Shown here piece after piece: positions 40,430-51,515 of a stretch of DNA of 64,000 nucleotides. The DNA is from Candidatus Enterousia sp. (GTDB taxonomy: Bacteria; Pseudomonadota; Alphaproteobacteria; Rs-D84). Each line of letters starts with the position of its first letter. Positions within the stretch are counted from its first letter, which is position 1. The DNA lies in NCBI GenBank assembly GCA_045546195.1, contig JAZQCH010000002.1:23328-87327 (forward strand). The letters run 5' to 3'. Below the pieces are notes generated by a model that was not told where the DNA came from, ran no database searches, and saw only the letters and a list, made by a program, of their open reading frames with translations. A program made the translations under genes and the position numbers.

Positions 40430-41034
40430 TTTATAAAATCCCCCGCATCAACCCCTAACTCGGCCTTCAACCTGGTTGCGACCCGATTTTTCACCTCATC
40501 AAAGACGCCGCGCATCACCGGTTCAAAATCAAAAAACTTGGCAAAGTCCGAACTAAAAAACATCTTCCAATAAAAATTATCTGCGAAACTGCCAATATAC
40601 GCCAAATCCTGAGCACACAGATGCTGAACCGCCGTATCCAACACATCCAACGCCTTGACCAATCTTGATTCCGCACTTGTCCGTGCATCATACTCGTCAA
40701 ATCGCGCCCGAATTTCATTATCATCCAACAGTTCCACAATCTGCTTTACCGCGGCTTGCTCGTCCAGGTGCTTTTTCGCACGCACCGCATCCGTCTGTTC
40801 GTGTAATGGCACATCGTGTGCGATTGCCTCGGGCAAATCGTGTAACAAACACAACTCGTACACACGTTCCATATTAACCGCGTTCTTCAAATACGGCCGC
40901 AACACCATCGCCATCATCGCCATATTCCACGAATGTGACGCAACCGCCTGGGGTGCGCCGTCACTCATCCGCGTCAGGCGATATTCACACTCTAACCGTT
41001 CCGCAATCTGAAAGAAATCAACGATATTTTTCAT
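40426..41034 (-). CDS. HD-domain hydrolase (YfbR/HD_3-like)
   Basis: VASHSW, LLHDLPEAI..D, VKALDVLD. Confidence 0.85.
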   Translation of the reverse strand: MKNIVDFFQIAERLECEYRLTRMSDGAPQAVASHSWNMAMMAMVLRPYLKNAVNMERVYELCLLHDLPEAIAHDVPLHEQTDAVRAKKHLDEQAAVKQIVELLDDNEIRARFDEYDARTSAESRLVKALDVLDTAVQHLCAQDLAYIGSFADNFYWKMFFSSDFAKFFDFEPVMRGVFDEVKNRVATRLKAELGVDAGDFIK

Positions 41035-41039
41035 AACAC

Positions 41040-42026
41040 TTATTTTTCCAGCCCCAAATGCCGATACCCCGCGTCCGTAATGACGCGTCCCCGTGGCGTA
41101 CGCTGAACAAACCCCAGTTGCATTAAATAGGGTTCAATCACATCTTCGATTGTATCTGCCGGTTCTGACAATGCCGCCGCCAGGTTTTCAACCCCAACTG
41201 GCCCACCCGCATAGAACTTGATAATCATATTCATATATTCGCGGTCGATTTCGTCCAACCCACATCCATCAATATGTAACTGGAACAGGGTGGTCTTAAT
41301 TGTATCAGCTGTAATCTGATTTTTGCCCAACGCAGCCGCAAAGTCACGCGCACGTTTTAACAATCTGTTCGCGATACGCGGTGTTCCACGCGCCGACCGC
41401 GCCAACATCAACGCCCCGTCTGGGTCAATCGGCGTTCCTAAAATATTCGCGCTGCGCATAATAATTTTCGCCAAATCTTCGGGGGCATAGAACGTCAACC
41501 GCAAATCAATTCCAAATCGGTCGCGCAACGGATTAGACAGCAACCCTGTACGCGTCGTCGCCCCCACCAACGTGAACGGGGGCAGGTCGATACGCACACT
41601 TTTCGCACTGGGGCCTTCGCCCAGCATAATATCCAACTTGAAATCTTCCATGGCGGAATACAGAACTTCTTCTATTGCGGTCGGCAAACGATGAATTTCA
41701 TCAATGAACAACACATCCATCGGTTCCAGCGCGGTCAATATCGCCGCCAAATCCCCCTGTTTGGTCAACATAGGCGCGGCTGTTGCGCGAAAATTTGTTC
41801 CCAATTCATTTGCCACAATATGTGCCAATGTCGTCTTGCCCAGCCCCGGCGGCCCATACAGCAAAACATGGTCCATTGCTTCGCCACGACTGCGCGCCCC
41901 CGAAATAAACACCGACAAATTCTGTTTCAGACTGTCATGTCCAATAAAATCCCCCAACGACCGTGGCCGAATAGTCGCCGCCATTTCATCTGGAATATTT
42001 GCGTCCAAGAATCGTTCCTTGTTCAT
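41040..42026 (-). CDS. ruvB: Holliday junction helicase RuvB
   Basis: [47 protein letters not shown]. Confidence 0.98.
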   Translation of the reverse strand: MNKERFLDANIPDEMAATIRPRSLGDFIGHDSLKQNLSVFISGARSRGEAMDHVLLYGPPGLGKTTLAHIVANELGTNFRATAAPMLTKQGDLAAILTALEPMDVLFIDEIHRLPTAIEEVLYSAMEDFKLDIMLGEGPSAKSVRIDLPPFTLVGATTRTGLLSNPLRDRFGIDLRLTFYAPEDLAKIIMRSANILGTPIDPDGALMLARSARGTPRIANRLLKRARDFAAALGKNQITADTIKTTLFQLHIDGCGLDEIDREYMNMIIKFYAGGPVGVENLAAALSEPADTIEDVIEPYLMQLGFVQRTPRGRVITDAGYRHLGLEK

Positions 42027-42682
42027 AACAGTTTATCCTCTGCGTTTTCACGCCCGACATACGCCTTTAAATCATTATACATCTGGCGCAAATCCGCCGG
42101 CTGGCTGTACAAAGCATCTGCCCCACGCACCCGAATTGTTTCCAAATCAATCTGGGCCTGTTTTTTCAAGACCTGGGTCATATGCGTCGCGAACGCGCGT
42201 GCGTCATCTGATTCTGCCGCCCCTTGTAACAGCAATCCACGATTTGGTCGTGGTGATAAAAACGCAAAATCAGACACCGACACATCCGGCGACACCAACG
42301 CAAAGCCTGATATCTCTGGCCGACGCATCATCGCCTGTAACACATACCACGCCCCCAACTGATGCCCCGCCAGCCATATTTTATCACTGTCTTCGTTATG
42401 ATTTTGAATCCAGTCAATCACAGTCGCAATATCCAACATATTTTCCGCAGTCGTCCCAATTGTCCCTTCGGAATCACCAACACCGCGATAGTTAAAACGC
42501 ACTACCGAAAATCCAATATCCATAAATGCCCGAAACATCGCATACGACACACGGTCATTCATATGGAACTTGTTTCGCGGATTCCCTGACAAAACCACCG
42601 CCAACGGCGCGGCTTCCTGGGCTGACTTATGATACACTGCGTGTAATTTTCCTGATTCCCCAGAAATAATCAAATCGACCAT
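42023..42682 (-). CDS. Alpha/beta hydrolase-fold protein (catalytic residues degenerate)
   Basis: [31 protein letters not shown] matches the conserved alphaproteobacterial alpha/beta hydrolase. Confidence 0.8.
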   Translation of the reverse strand: MVDLIISGESGKLHAVYHKSAQEAAPLAVVLSGNPRNKFHMNDRVSYAMFRAFMDIGFSVVRFNYRGVGDSEGTIGTTAENMLDIATVIDWIQNHNEDSDKIWLAGHQLGAWYVLQAMMRRPEISGFALVSPDVSVSDFAFLSPRPNRGLLLQGAAESDDARAFATHMTQVLKKQAQIDLETIRVRGADALYSQPADLRQMYNDLKAYVGRENAEDKLL

Positions 42683-42819
42683 TATTCCACCTTTCTTTAT
42701 TTTATTTACCCTTAACTTAGACCAAAGCGATTACAAATTTCAATAAAAATATTTTTTTGTTTTGACACAATTATCTAAAATGTTCTAAGATTCAGCATGA
42801 GAGAACCAAAGGCAACACA

Positions 42820-43737
42820 ATGTTAAGACCTATTTTGACTGCTGTTTTTGTTGGATTATGCGCTTTTCCTGCCATCGCAGAAGAGGTTATGTACGACAAT
42901 TTTCAGACAATTTACACTGAAACACCGGTACAATCTTACTATGCGTATCCCGACGATCCGAACTTTATCCCAGAAACTGAATTTATGGAACGTGCGGACA
43001 GTCTGAACTATGACCAGAACATAATTGATGCCCGCAATGCCGAATCCCGGGCGCATCCTGGTGTAATGTTTGCCGACCGTCCAATGGTAATTTGTCGCAA
43101 TTTTGGTTGCACACGCCTGAACGACCGCATTACCCGTTCGTTCTTGTTCAACAGTTTGGCAAATATGTTCATGATGAACGCGCATTCCCGCGTTTATATC
43201 TGCGAAGCGGACCCATTTTCGCGCGACTGCCTGCAGTCTGGCATTTCCTTTCCGGTACGCAGCGGTATTGCCAACGCCATGGTTAAAATACCCAAGGCCA
43301 CCGTTTCCCAGGTCAGCGTGTCAACCGGTCTGTCCAAGGCAACCGTCGGCATGACCTATGAATTCTTGGTCAATGGTATTAGCCGCGTATGCGAACCAAC
43401 GGTTATGGACATCATGGTACCCGTAAATTCCGAAGCGGTCCTGTCAAACCGCGAATTTGCCTGTAACATGACCAGCGACGGCATCAGCAGTGTTTCATTG
43501 ATTGTCAGCCTGGACTACATCGACCTGGATTATGGAATCCTGGGCGGTTATTATTCATTGGGGATGCAGGGCCCAACCACCGGTGGTGGCACAGGCTATG
43601 CGTTATTTAAAACAGAATTCGCCACCGGCAACATGCAATTCCGCGCCGCCACATTCGAAGAAGATATGATGGGTGCGAACAACGCGATGCGCACAATCCA
43701 GCCCGGCGAATACGCAGTTGAACCATTAAAAAAGTAA
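42820..43737 (+). CDS. Secreted hypothetical protein with paired cysteines
   Basis: Signal peptide MLRPILTAVFVGLCAFPAIA; 305 aa; co-oriented with the two-component genes. Confidence 0.75.
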   Translation: MLRPILTAVFVGLCAFPAIAEEVMYDNFQTIYTETPVQSYYAYPDDPNFIPETEFMERADSLNYDQNIIDARNAESRAHPGVMFADRPMVICRNFGCTRLNDRITRSFLFNSLANMFMMNAHSRVYICEADPFSRDCLQSGISFPVRSGIANAMVKIPKATVSQVSVSTGLSKATVGMTYEFLVNGISRVCEPTVMDIMVPVNSEAVLSNREFACNMTSDGISSVSLIVSLDYIDLDYGILGGYYSLGMQGPTTGGGTGYALFKTEFATGNMQFRAATFEEDMMGANNAMRTIQPGEYAVEPLKK

Positions 43738-44385
43738 ATGAACAAAACAATTCTTATTGTTGACGATGACGATATGCTGCGCAGAGCCCTGACATCAGGC
43801 CTGCGCAGCGAAGGTTTTAATGTAATCTCGTCTAATTCTGCCGAAAATGCCCAAGATGTACTAAATCGCATATCTGTTGACGCAATTATCCTGGACAGAA
43901 TGATGACCGGCATGGATGGCCTGACATTTCTGCGTACACTTCGCGGGGCGGGCAACACCACACCTGTACTGATGCTGACCGCGCTCAGCGGGCCTGAAAA
44001 TGCGATTGCGGGCCTGTCGGACGGCGCGAACGATTACCTGGCAAAGCCATTTCAAATTCGTGAATTGATATTACGTCTGAATAACATTGTCCGTCAATCC
44101 GCATCAGCGGACAAAAAAATGCCATCCGGCCTGATATTCACAGACAACGAATTCTTTGTATCCAATGCGTCAAACGACACGCCGCAATTACTGGGGCTGT
44201 CCGGCGAAGAAAAGAAATTATTACAGCATTTAACCAGTCCACTGGGCAATATTGCCCCGGCGGCACCAATGGTCGCAAAACGCTTGCGCAATAAATTAAA
44301 TTTAGTATTATCACACCTAGATATAATAACAATCCGGGGCCGTGGGTACAAACTAATTGATAAATCCGCAACCCCTACAACATAA
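43738..44385 (+). CDS. OmpR-family response regulator
   Basis: ILIVDDD, ILDRMM, LMLTA, GANDYLAKPF; C-terminal TIRGRGYKL wing. Confidence 0.9.
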   Translation: MNKTILIVDDDDMLRRALTSGLRSEGFNVISSNSAENAQDVLNRISVDAIILDRMMTGMDGLTFLRTLRGAGNTTPVLMLTALSGPENAIAGLSDGANDYLAKPFQIRELILRLNNIVRQSASADKKMPSGLIFTDNEFFVSNASNDTPQLLGLSGEEKKLLQHLTSPLGNIAPAAPMVAKRLRNKLNLVLSHLDIITIRGRGYKLIDKSATPTT

Positions 44386-44399
44386 ACGGGACATATAAA

Positions 44400-45680
44400 A
44401 TGAGATTGATTCCACGCAGTTTTTTATGGCGCACAATTTTGATGATTTTAATTCCCCTGATTATCGCCCAGGTTATTGTTGCCAACGCGTTTTTTGGCAA
44501 TCACTGGTCCCGCGTTCATGATACATTGGCACGCACATTAGCGGGCGAAATCGCAACCATGACTAACTTTATTGACGAAGGCAATACCGACGCCGTTCAA
44601 AAAATGGCGCGCGATATCGGCATCAACGTCACATTTCACGAAAAACTAAATCGCCCAAAGCATAACGACAACCACGCCCATGAAACAGGCCGCCTGGCAT
44701 CAGAACTGTCAAAACGTCTGCAGCGTCGCGCCAACATCTATATGGACCGTGGCAAACGCCTGGTATATGTTGACGTACCGACCCGCGACAATCAAATTGC
44801 GACATTTGGCACATCGCTGTACCGCATTTATTCCACCAGTACCGAAGTCTTTATCATCTGGCTGTTGGGTTCAATTCTGATTGTATCCATCTTGATTGCC
44901 CCGTTCATCATCATGCACACGCGCAGCATCCGTCGTATTGCCCGTGCTGCTGGTCGCTTTGGTCGTGGTCTGGACGCCCCGGGATTCGTTCCCACCGGTT
45001 CCAAAGAAATCCGCGAAGCCGCCGCATCTATGATTACGATGAAGGAACGTCTGGACAGATATAACCGCACCCGCACAGACATGCTGAACGCGGTCAGCCA
45101 TGATTTAAAGGCACCTTTGACACGCATGCGCCTGGCGGTTGAAACCAACACCGCAACCAGTGACGATTTAATCCGCGACATTGACCGTATGACGGAAATG
45201 GTGAACGGATACCTGGCATTTGCCCGTGGCGAAGCCCCCGAAATCGAACAGGCCACCGAATTGCCACCAATGCTGACCCGAATTGCGCGCGACGCCGCCC
45301 CGGACAAAAAAATCGTCACCGATTTTCCGGACGCACCGATGCAATTCTATGCCCGTCCAATGGCACTGGCGCGCGCATTCAGCAACATCATCGAAAACGC
45401 GGCACGCTATGCCAACAAACAAATCAAAATCACTGAACGCGATGCCATTGACTCGGTCACCGTTATTATCGAAGACGACGGTCCCGGCATCCCAGACGAC
45501 CGCAAACGCGAAGCGTTGCGCCCATTTGTTCGCCTGGACGATGCGCGTGGCACAGACACCGGCGGAACGGGTCTGGGGCTGTCTATTGCGCAAACTGCGA
45601 TTGAAAACCACGGCGGACAAATGTTCCTGGAAAACAGTGAACTGGGCGGTCTGCGTGTCAGAATTGTATTACCAATCTAA
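44400..45680 (+). CDS. EnvZ-like sensor histidine kinase
   Basis: Two TMs, HAMP, H-box SHDLKAPLTR, N-box NIIENAARY, EDDGPGIP, GTGLGL. Confidence 0.93.
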   Translation: MRLIPRSFLWRTILMILIPLIIAQVIVANAFFGNHWSRVHDTLARTLAGEIATMTNFIDEGNTDAVQKMARDIGINVTFHEKLNRPKHNDNHAHETGRLASELSKRLQRRANIYMDRGKRLVYVDVPTRDNQIATFGTSLYRIYSTSTEVFIIWLLGSILIVSILIAPFIIMHTRSIRRIARAAGRFGRGLDAPGFVPTGSKEIREAAASMITMKERLDRYNRTRTDMLNAVSHDLKAPLTRMRLAVETNTATSDDLIRDIDRMTEMVNGYLAFARGEAPEIEQATELPPMLTRIARDAAPDKKIVTDFPDAPMQFYARPMALARAFSNIIENAARYANKQIKITERDAIDSVTVIIEDDGPGIPDDRKREALRPFVRLDDARGTDTGGTGLGLSIAQTAIENHGGQMFLENSELGGLRVRIVLPI

Positions 45681-45704
45681 GGAAACCACGAAGGGTATCA
45701 GAAA

Positions 45705-47366
45705 ATGAACTTATATAAATATGTATCAAACGCAATTAACGAAAAACTGGGCACAACTGTAAATCTGGAAGTTCCTCGCAACCGCGACTTTGGCGATTTT
45801 TCAACAAATGCCGCCATGGTTATGGCGAAATCCGCCGGCAAAAATCCGCGCGAATTGGCGGCTGAAATCTTGCCTAAGCTGACCGAACTGGATTTTATAG
45901 CCGACGCATCAATCGCCGGCCCTGGTTTTATTAACATTACATTGAAAAATGATTTCTTGGTAGCGCCCGAAAAATATAACGCCGTAACACAAAAGCCAGA
46001 ACCATTAGTTATTGACATGGACTATGGCAGCTACAATATTGGCAAAGCCTTGCATATCGGACATCTGCGCACAACTGTGGTTGGCGACACATTTAACCGT
46101 ATCGCGCGTGCACTGGGACATAAAACAAAGTCTTATAACCATATGGGCGACTGGGGGCGTCCGATGGGATTAATTATTGCGTGGATTTTAGAATACGGCA
46201 TGCCGAAAAATGCAGATGACATTAATGTTATGTATCCTGCATCATCTGCACGCGCCAAAGAAGACAAAGCGTGGCTAGAACGCGCGCAAAGGGTAACGGT
46301 TGATTTACAAAATGGCAATCCAGAATATTTGAAAATATACAATGAATTCGCGCCGATGTCATTGTCGCAAATTTCAGACATTTTAATACGTTTAAATATC
46401 CTGCCATTTGATGAAAACAAAGGCGAACGCTTGGTTGCGGAATATGTGCCTGCGGTTCAAAAAATTTTAGAAGATAAAAAATTATTGGTTAACGATGACG
46501 GAGCGGTGATTATCCCTGTAAAGCAAGAAACAGATAACGCACCAATGCCACCAGTTTTATGGCGTTCCAGCACAGGTGCACAAACCTATGCGGCGGCGGA
46601 TTTGGCTGCAATTTATTATCGCACCACAACCGACAAACCGACTGATATAGTTTATTTCACAGACAATCGTCAGAATTTACATTTTACCCAGGTGTTTCGT
46701 GCAGCCAAGATGGCAGGCATGGATTCAGCAAACTTGCAACATATTGGTTTTGGAACAATAACTGGGGCAGATGGCAAGCCATTCAAAACACGTGATGGCG
46801 ATGTGCCAAGTTTGCACCAAATGGTCGATATGGTTGCAGATTCTGTACGCTCACGCGCAACCGAATCTGGCAAAGAATTGTCCGACGAAACCATTGAAAT
46901 GATTGCGTTGGCGGCATTAAAATTTAATGATTTGATGCATGACGTTAAATCGGATTATGTTTTTGATGTAGATTCCGTAACACAATTTGAAGGACGGACG
47001 GGACCATATATCTTGTATACAGCGGTGCGACTAAATGCTGTTACAAAAAAAGCAAAAGAAATGGGCGTTTCCGCCAGCACAGATATAAAAACGTTACAAC
47101 CCGAAGAACGTAATTTATTGTTGCGAATAATGGACTTTGAACGTGTTTTAGAAAATGCATTCGCACATCGTGCCACAGACTTGCTTGCGAACTATGCCTA
47201 TGATTTGTGCCAGTTGATAAATACATTTTATCACAACTGTCCAATTCTGCGTGACGACGTGCCGGCCGACATTCGGGCGGGCCGACTGCATATTGCGACA
47301 GTTGCGCGTGACACATTGGCAAAAACGATTGATTTAATGGGTCTAAAAATCCCATCTGAAATGTAA
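45705..47366 (+). CDS. argS: Arginine--tRNA ligase
   Basis: FGDFSTN, AGPGFIN, LHIGHLR, NHMGDWG, PFKTRDG, FEGRTGPYILY. Confidence 0.96.
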   Translation: MNLYKYVSNAINEKLGTTVNLEVPRNRDFGDFSTNAAMVMAKSAGKNPRELAAEILPKLTELDFIADASIAGPGFINITLKNDFLVAPEKYNAVTQKPEPLVIDMDYGSYNIGKALHIGHLRTTVVGDTFNRIARALGHKTKSYNHMGDWGRPMGLIIAWILEYGMPKNADDINVMYPASSARAKEDKAWLERAQRVTVDLQNGNPEYLKIYNEFAPMSLSQISDILIRLNILPFDENKGERLVAEYVPAVQKILEDKKLLVNDDGAVIIPVKQETDNAPMPPVLWRSSTGAQTYAAADLAAIYYRTTTDKPTDIVYFTDNRQNLHFTQVFRAAKMAGMDSANLQHIGFGTITGADGKPFKTRDGDVPSLHQMVDMVADSVRSRATESGKELSDETIEMIALAALKFNDLMHDVKSDYVFDVDSVTQFEGRTGPYILYTAVRLNAVTKKAKEMGVSASTDIKTLQPEERNLLLRIMDFERVLENAFAHRATDLLANYAYDLCQLINTFYHNCPILRDDVPADIRAGRLHIATVARDTLAKTIDLMGLKIPSEM

Positions 47367-47394
47367 AAAACGCCCGTTTGGGCGTTTCTTTTTT
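47365..47394 (+). terminator. Terminator of argS
   Basis: AAACGCCC-gttt-GGGCGTTT + T-tract. Confidence 0.8.
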
Positions 47395-47418
47395 GATAAG
47401 AAAAACTGTCTATTGCCC

Positions 47419-47446
47419 CTTGAAAAGATTTTTTGAATAACTATAT
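47419..47446 (+). promoter_or_regulatory. Putative RpoH (sigma32) promoter of dnaK
   Basis: CTTGAAA...CTATAT, similar to the alphaproteobacterial heat-shock consensus, upstream of dnaK. Confidence 0.6.
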
Positions 47447-47481
47447 GGTGGGTAAGCAAATTTTTAACAGGAGTGAAAAAC

Positions 47482-49377
47482 ATGGGAAAAGTAATTGGTA
47501 TTGACTTGGGTACAACAAATTCGGCCATGGCGTTCATGGACGGTTCCGACCCAAAAATTATTGAAAATTCCGAAGGTCAGCGCACAACCCCATCCGTTGT
47601 CGCATTGACATCCAACGGGGAACAGTTGGTCGGCATCACCGCCAAGAATCAGGCAGTCACCAACCCCGAAAACACAATCTATGAAATCAAACGTTTAATG
47701 GGGCTGCGTTTTGACAGCCCGACCGTTCGCGAAATCGCCGCGCGTGTTCCATATAAAATCGTTGCGGGCGACAACGGCGACGCATGGGTTGAAATGGACG
47801 GCAAGAAATATGCCCCATCCCAGATTTCTGCGATGATTTTGGCAAAATTGAAAAAGGACGCAGAATCCTATCTGGGCGAACCGGTCACCGACGCGGTTAT
47901 TACAGTTCCAGCATACTTTAACGATTCCCAGCGCCAGGCGACCAAGGACGCCGGTCGTATCGCGGGTCTGAACGTATTGCGTATTGTCAACGAACCAACG
48001 GCGGCGGCATTGGCGTACGGCCTGGACAAGGGCAAAGACGGCATCATCGCAGTCTATGACCTGGGGGGTGGTACATTTGACATATCTATTTTGGAAATTA
48101 TCGACGGCGTATTCGAAGTTAAATCTACCAACGGCGACACAGCCCTGGGCGGTTCCGACTTTGACGCGCGTATTTTGGAACACTTGATTGCCGAATTCAA
48201 ATCCCAGACTGGCATTGACCTGTCGGGCGACAAATTGGCGCTGCAACGTCTGAAAGAAGCCGCCGAAAAGGCAAAAATCGAATTATCATCCAAAACATCC
48301 ACAGACATCAATCTGCCGTTCTTAACCGCGGACGCGTCGGGTCCAAAGCACTTTAACACGACCCTGACACGTGCCAAATTGGAATCGTTGGTTGCGGACC
48401 TGATTGAACGCACAATCGAACCATGTAAAAAGGCATTAAAGGACGCAGGTCTGGAAAAATCACAGATTAACGAAGTTATCTTGGTCGGTGGTCAAACCCG
48501 CATGCCCAAGGTTGCCGAAACGGTCAAAGAATTCTTTGGTCGCGAACCACACAAGGGTGTGAACCCAGACGAAGTTGTCGGTATGGGCGCCGCCATCCAG
48601 GGTGGGGTATTAAAGGGCGATGTCAAAGACGTTCTGTTGCTGGACGTAACGCCATTGTCATTGGGTATTGAAACATTGGGTGGTGTATTCACGCGTTTAA
48701 TTGACCGCAACACAACAATCCCAACCAAAAAATCCCAAGTATTCAGCACCGCCGAAGATAACCAGTCGGCCGTAACCATCCGTGTGTTCCAGGGCGAACG
48801 CGACATGGCGGCGGACAACAAATTGCTGGGTCAGTTTAATCTGGAAGGTATCGCACCGGCCCCACGTGGCATGCCACAAATCGAAGTATCATTTGACATC
48901 GACGCAAACGGCATCGTACACGTATCGGCCAAGGACAAAGGCACCGGCAAAGAACAGGCGATTTCAATTAAATCTGACGGTGGTCTGTCCGAAGACGAAA
49001 TCAAACGCATGGTTGACGAAGCGGCCGCCAACGCCGAAGCGGACAAACTGAAACGCGAACTGGCCGAAGCTAAGAACACGGCGGAAACCGCAATCTTCAG
49101 CATTGAAAAATCGTTAAAAGAACACGGCGATAAAATCAGCGAAGCCGACAAAAAAGCCATCGAAGATGCCAAGAAAGAATTGGCAGACGAATTGGCACGC
49201 GCGGACGCAACAGCCGACAGCCTGAAAGCCAAAACAGATGCACTGTCTGAACGTGCCATGAAACTGGGCGAAGCAGTGTACAAGGCTCAACAGGCCGAGC
49301 AGGGCGCATCCGCCGACACCACAGAAAAGAAAAACGACGACGGCACCGTCGATGCAGACTTTTCTGAAAAGAAATAA
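47482..49377 (+). CDS. dnaK: Chaperone DnaK
   Basis: [39 protein letters not shown]; SD AGGAG. Confidence 0.99.
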   Translation: MGKVIGIDLGTTNSAMAFMDGSDPKIIENSEGQRTTPSVVALTSNGEQLVGITAKNQAVTNPENTIYEIKRLMGLRFDSPTVREIAARVPYKIVAGDNGDAWVEMDGKKYAPSQISAMILAKLKKDAESYLGEPVTDAVITVPAYFNDSQRQATKDAGRIAGLNVLRIVNEPTAAALAYGLDKGKDGIIAVYDLGGGTFDISILEIIDGVFEVKSTNGDTALGGSDFDARILEHLIAEFKSQTGIDLSGDKLALQRLKEAAEKAKIELSSKTSTDINLPFLTADASGPKHFNTTLTRAKLESLVADLIERTIEPCKKALKDAGLEKSQINEVILVGGQTRMPKVAETVKEFFGREPHKGVNPDEVVGMGAAIQGGVLKGDVKDVLLLDVTPLSLGIETLGGVFTRLIDRNTTIPTKKSQVFSTAEDNQSAVTIRVFQGERDMAADNKLLGQFNLEGIAPAPRGMPQIEVSFDIDANGIVHVSAKDKGTGKEQAISIKSDGGLSEDEIKRMVDEAAANAEADKLKRELAEAKNTAETAIFSIEKSLKEHGDKISEADKKAIEDAKKELADELARADATADSLKAKTDALSERAMKLGEAVYKAQQAEQGASADTTEKKNDDGTVDADFSEKK

Positions 49378-49380
49378 TTG

Positions 49381-49441
49381 AAAAATCCCCCAATTGGGGG
49401 ATTTTTTCAGACACTAAAAAACCCGCCAATTGGCGGGATTT
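49381..49441. terminator. Two adjacent terminators (dnaK and the rplS operon)
   Basis: ATCCCCC-aatt-GGGGGAT and CCCGCC-aatt-GGCGGG hairpins. Confidence 0.8.
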
Positions 49442-49442
49442 A

Positions 49443-49832
49443 TTATTTTGCGTTCTTTTCTGCAGATGTAGCAGCCAAGTCTTCGACGATACGCGCCTTT
49501 TTACCTGACAACCCACGCAAGAAGAACAACTTAGCACGACGTACTTTACCAATACGAACCTTTTCAATCTTTTCGATTGCAGGGCTGTACAGTGGGAATT
49601 TACGTTCCACACCGACACCGTATGATTCACGACGTACTGTAAAGGATGCATTATTTCCCATGCCGCCATCGCGTGCGATAACAACACCTTCGAAAACCTG
49701 GATACGGAATTTATCACCATCTTTAATTTTGACGTGAACCTTTAATGTATCCCCAGCCTTGAAGTTTGGGATTTTTTTATCGCCCTTTAATTTTTCAATC
49801 TGGGCTGCTTCGATTTTTTTAATAATGCTCAT
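49443..49832 (-). CDS. rplS: 50S ribosomal protein L19
   Basis: [42 protein letters not shown]. Confidence 0.98.
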   Translation of the reverse strand: MSIIKKIEAAQIEKLKGDKKIPNFKAGDTLKVHVKIKDGDKFRIQVFEGVVIARDGGMGNNASFTVRRESYGVGVERKFPLYSPAIEKIEKVRIGKVRRAKLFFLRGLSGKKARIVEDLAATSAEKNAK

Positions 49833-50515
49833 TTTTCATTTTCCTTTATTAAGTCCGGTCGACGTTCTTTGGTTATGTCAACCGATTGTTGTTTCCGCCA
49901 CCGTTCGATATTGCCGTGGTGACCGGACAGCAGGACTTCTGGGACGCTTCGTCCACGCCATACTGACGGACGGGTATATAACGGCCATTCCAACCCGCCG
50001 ATTTCGAAACTTTCGTTTTGGGTGGTTTCAATTCCACCGTGAACCACATTATCCATCACGCGAACGCAACTGTCAACAAAAACTTGGGCTGCGATTTCAC
50101 CACCCGACAGTATATAATCGCCAATGGAAAGTTCCATTATATCATATTCTTCGATGATTCGTTCATCAATTCCTTCGTACCGACCGCACAGCAGGGTATA
50201 TGTCGCGTCGGGCTGGGCAATAAATTCGCGCACCATTTTCTGGTTCAGCGTTGCCCCGCGTGGCGAAAAATATATGATTTTGCCACGGTTTTTAATCGAA
50301 TCCAACGCCGCCCCCAGCACATCTGGCCGCATAACCATACCCGCGCCACCACCGAATTGGGTATCATCAACACTGCCATAGTCATTTATGGCAAAGTCAC
50401 GAATATTAACCACATCATATGTCCAGATTTTCTTGTCCAACGCGCGACCAACAACCCCGCCGGCAAGCGTTCCTGGAAACATTTCTGGAAAAATGGTCAA
50501 TATATTAAAATGCAT
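49829..50515 (-). CDS. trmD: tRNA (guanine-N1)-methyltransferase
   Basis: [43 protein letters not shown]. Confidence 0.97.
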   Translation of the reverse strand: MHFNILTIFPEMFPGTLAGGVVGRALDKKIWTYDVVNIRDFAINDYGSVDDTQFGGGAGMVMRPDVLGAALDSIKNRGKIIYFSPRGATLNQKMVREFIAQPDATYTLLCGRYEGIDERIIEEYDIMELSIGDYILSGGEIAAQVFVDSCVRVMDNVVHGGIETTQNESFEIGGLEWPLYTRPSVWRGRSVPEVLLSGHHGNIERWRKQQSVDITKERRPDLIKENEK

Positions 50516-50781
50516 TATCGTGTCTTTCCATACTTTGCCTGGCACATAGAACAAATCTGTCCCGCCAGGTCGCGCACCATCGAAACGCCTTCTTTGGTTC
50601 CTGTTTCATCACCCTTCAGGGCAAAAGTGTACACCAACACCCCATCCGGCGTTACAGTTTTTGTCGCCTGGACATTTAACAGCCCCCGAAATGTGTTAAA
50701 CAGCGCGCAATTCGCATACGACTTAATACACATCAGATTAACTGTTTTTTCATCTGTTAAAATTGTATATTTTTTCTTCAT
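50515..50781 (-). CDS. Hypothetical protein (88 aa) between rimM and trmD
   Basis: Fills the gap exactly, TAATG coupling with trmD, C-terminal CSMC...GKTR. Confidence 0.75.
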   Translation of the reverse strand: MKKKYTILTDEKTVNLMCIKSYANCALFNTFRGLLNVQATKTVTPDGVLVYTFALKGDETGTKEGVSMVRDLAGQICSMCQAKYGKTR

Positions 50782-50789
50782 ATTTACTT

Positions 50790-51254
50790 TTATCTCACAT
50801 AAACCACACGATTTTCCATATCAACAGACGCCCCGCCAAACGACACCATATCGCCATTATCCAATTCAATAATATCGCCCGCGCCATAGTTTTGAAAACA
50901 CGAAACAATACCTATCTTTGTTCCATCGCGCACAACATCAAACCCAATCAAGTCTGCCTGATAATACTCATCCGCCTTTAGTTCGGGCAGGGCACCCCGC
51001 ACCACAAACAACTCGGTTCCACGCAACGCTTCGGCGGCATTTCTGTCATCAACACTACGAATCTTGGCGATTATAACATTTGTATTCGGCACCGCGCGCA
51101 CAAACTTGAAATCATCAGATTTAAATTTTGCGCTTTGCACCTGAAACTTCTGAAAATCCAACGGACTTTCCGAATAAGTATTAACGCGCACTTCGCCACG
51201 GATTCCCTGGGGTGCGACAATTTTTCCGACCAAGATTTGTTTTGTGTCTGTCAT
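50790..51254 (-). CDS. rimM: Ribosome maturation factor RimM
   Basis: VGKIVAPQGIRGEV, DRNAAEALRG, EYYQADLIG, NYGAGDIIE. Confidence 0.95.
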   Translation of the reverse strand: MTDTKQILVGKIVAPQGIRGEVRVNTYSESPLDFQKFQVQSAKFKSDDFKFVRAVPNTNVIIAKIRSVDDRNAAEALRGTELFVVRGALPELKADEYYQADLIGFDVVRDGTKIGIVSCFQNYGAGDIIELDNGDMVSFGGASVDMENRVVYVR

Positions 51255-51255
51255 A

Positions 51256-51456
51256 TTATCTTTGCTTTTGTATTTTTTCTTTGTATTCAAATAACTTGAT
51301 ACAATCCGAACTGTACGCAGGGCACTTTCCACCCGTCAAAAAAATCACGGGTTTATTTGCCAACAAAGACTCGGACATCTGGCGATAAAATTCATCTGTC
51401 CGTTCAACCTGCGAACATTCCAACCCCGGCATATGCGGGCAATAACAATCCAGCAT
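51256..51456 (-). CDS. Small Cys-containing hypothetical protein (66 aa) between rpsP and rimM
   Basis: SD GGGGG, fills the gap, stop 1 nt before the rimM ATG, ends QKQR. Confidence 0.6.
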   Translation of the reverse strand: MLDCYCPHMPGLECSQVERTDEFYRQMSESLLANKPVIFLTGGKCPAYSSDCIKLFEYKEKIQKQR

Positions 51457-51481
51457 CTAAAAACACCCCCATAACAAAACC

Positions 51482-51503
51482 TTGCCCGGGTCGCCCCGGG
51501 CAA
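51482..51503 (-). terminator. Hairpin/terminator after rpsP
   Basis: TTGCCCGGG-tcgc-CCCGGGCAA perfect 9-bp stem. Confidence 0.6.
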
Positions 51504-51515
51504 TCAAAGCAAAAA

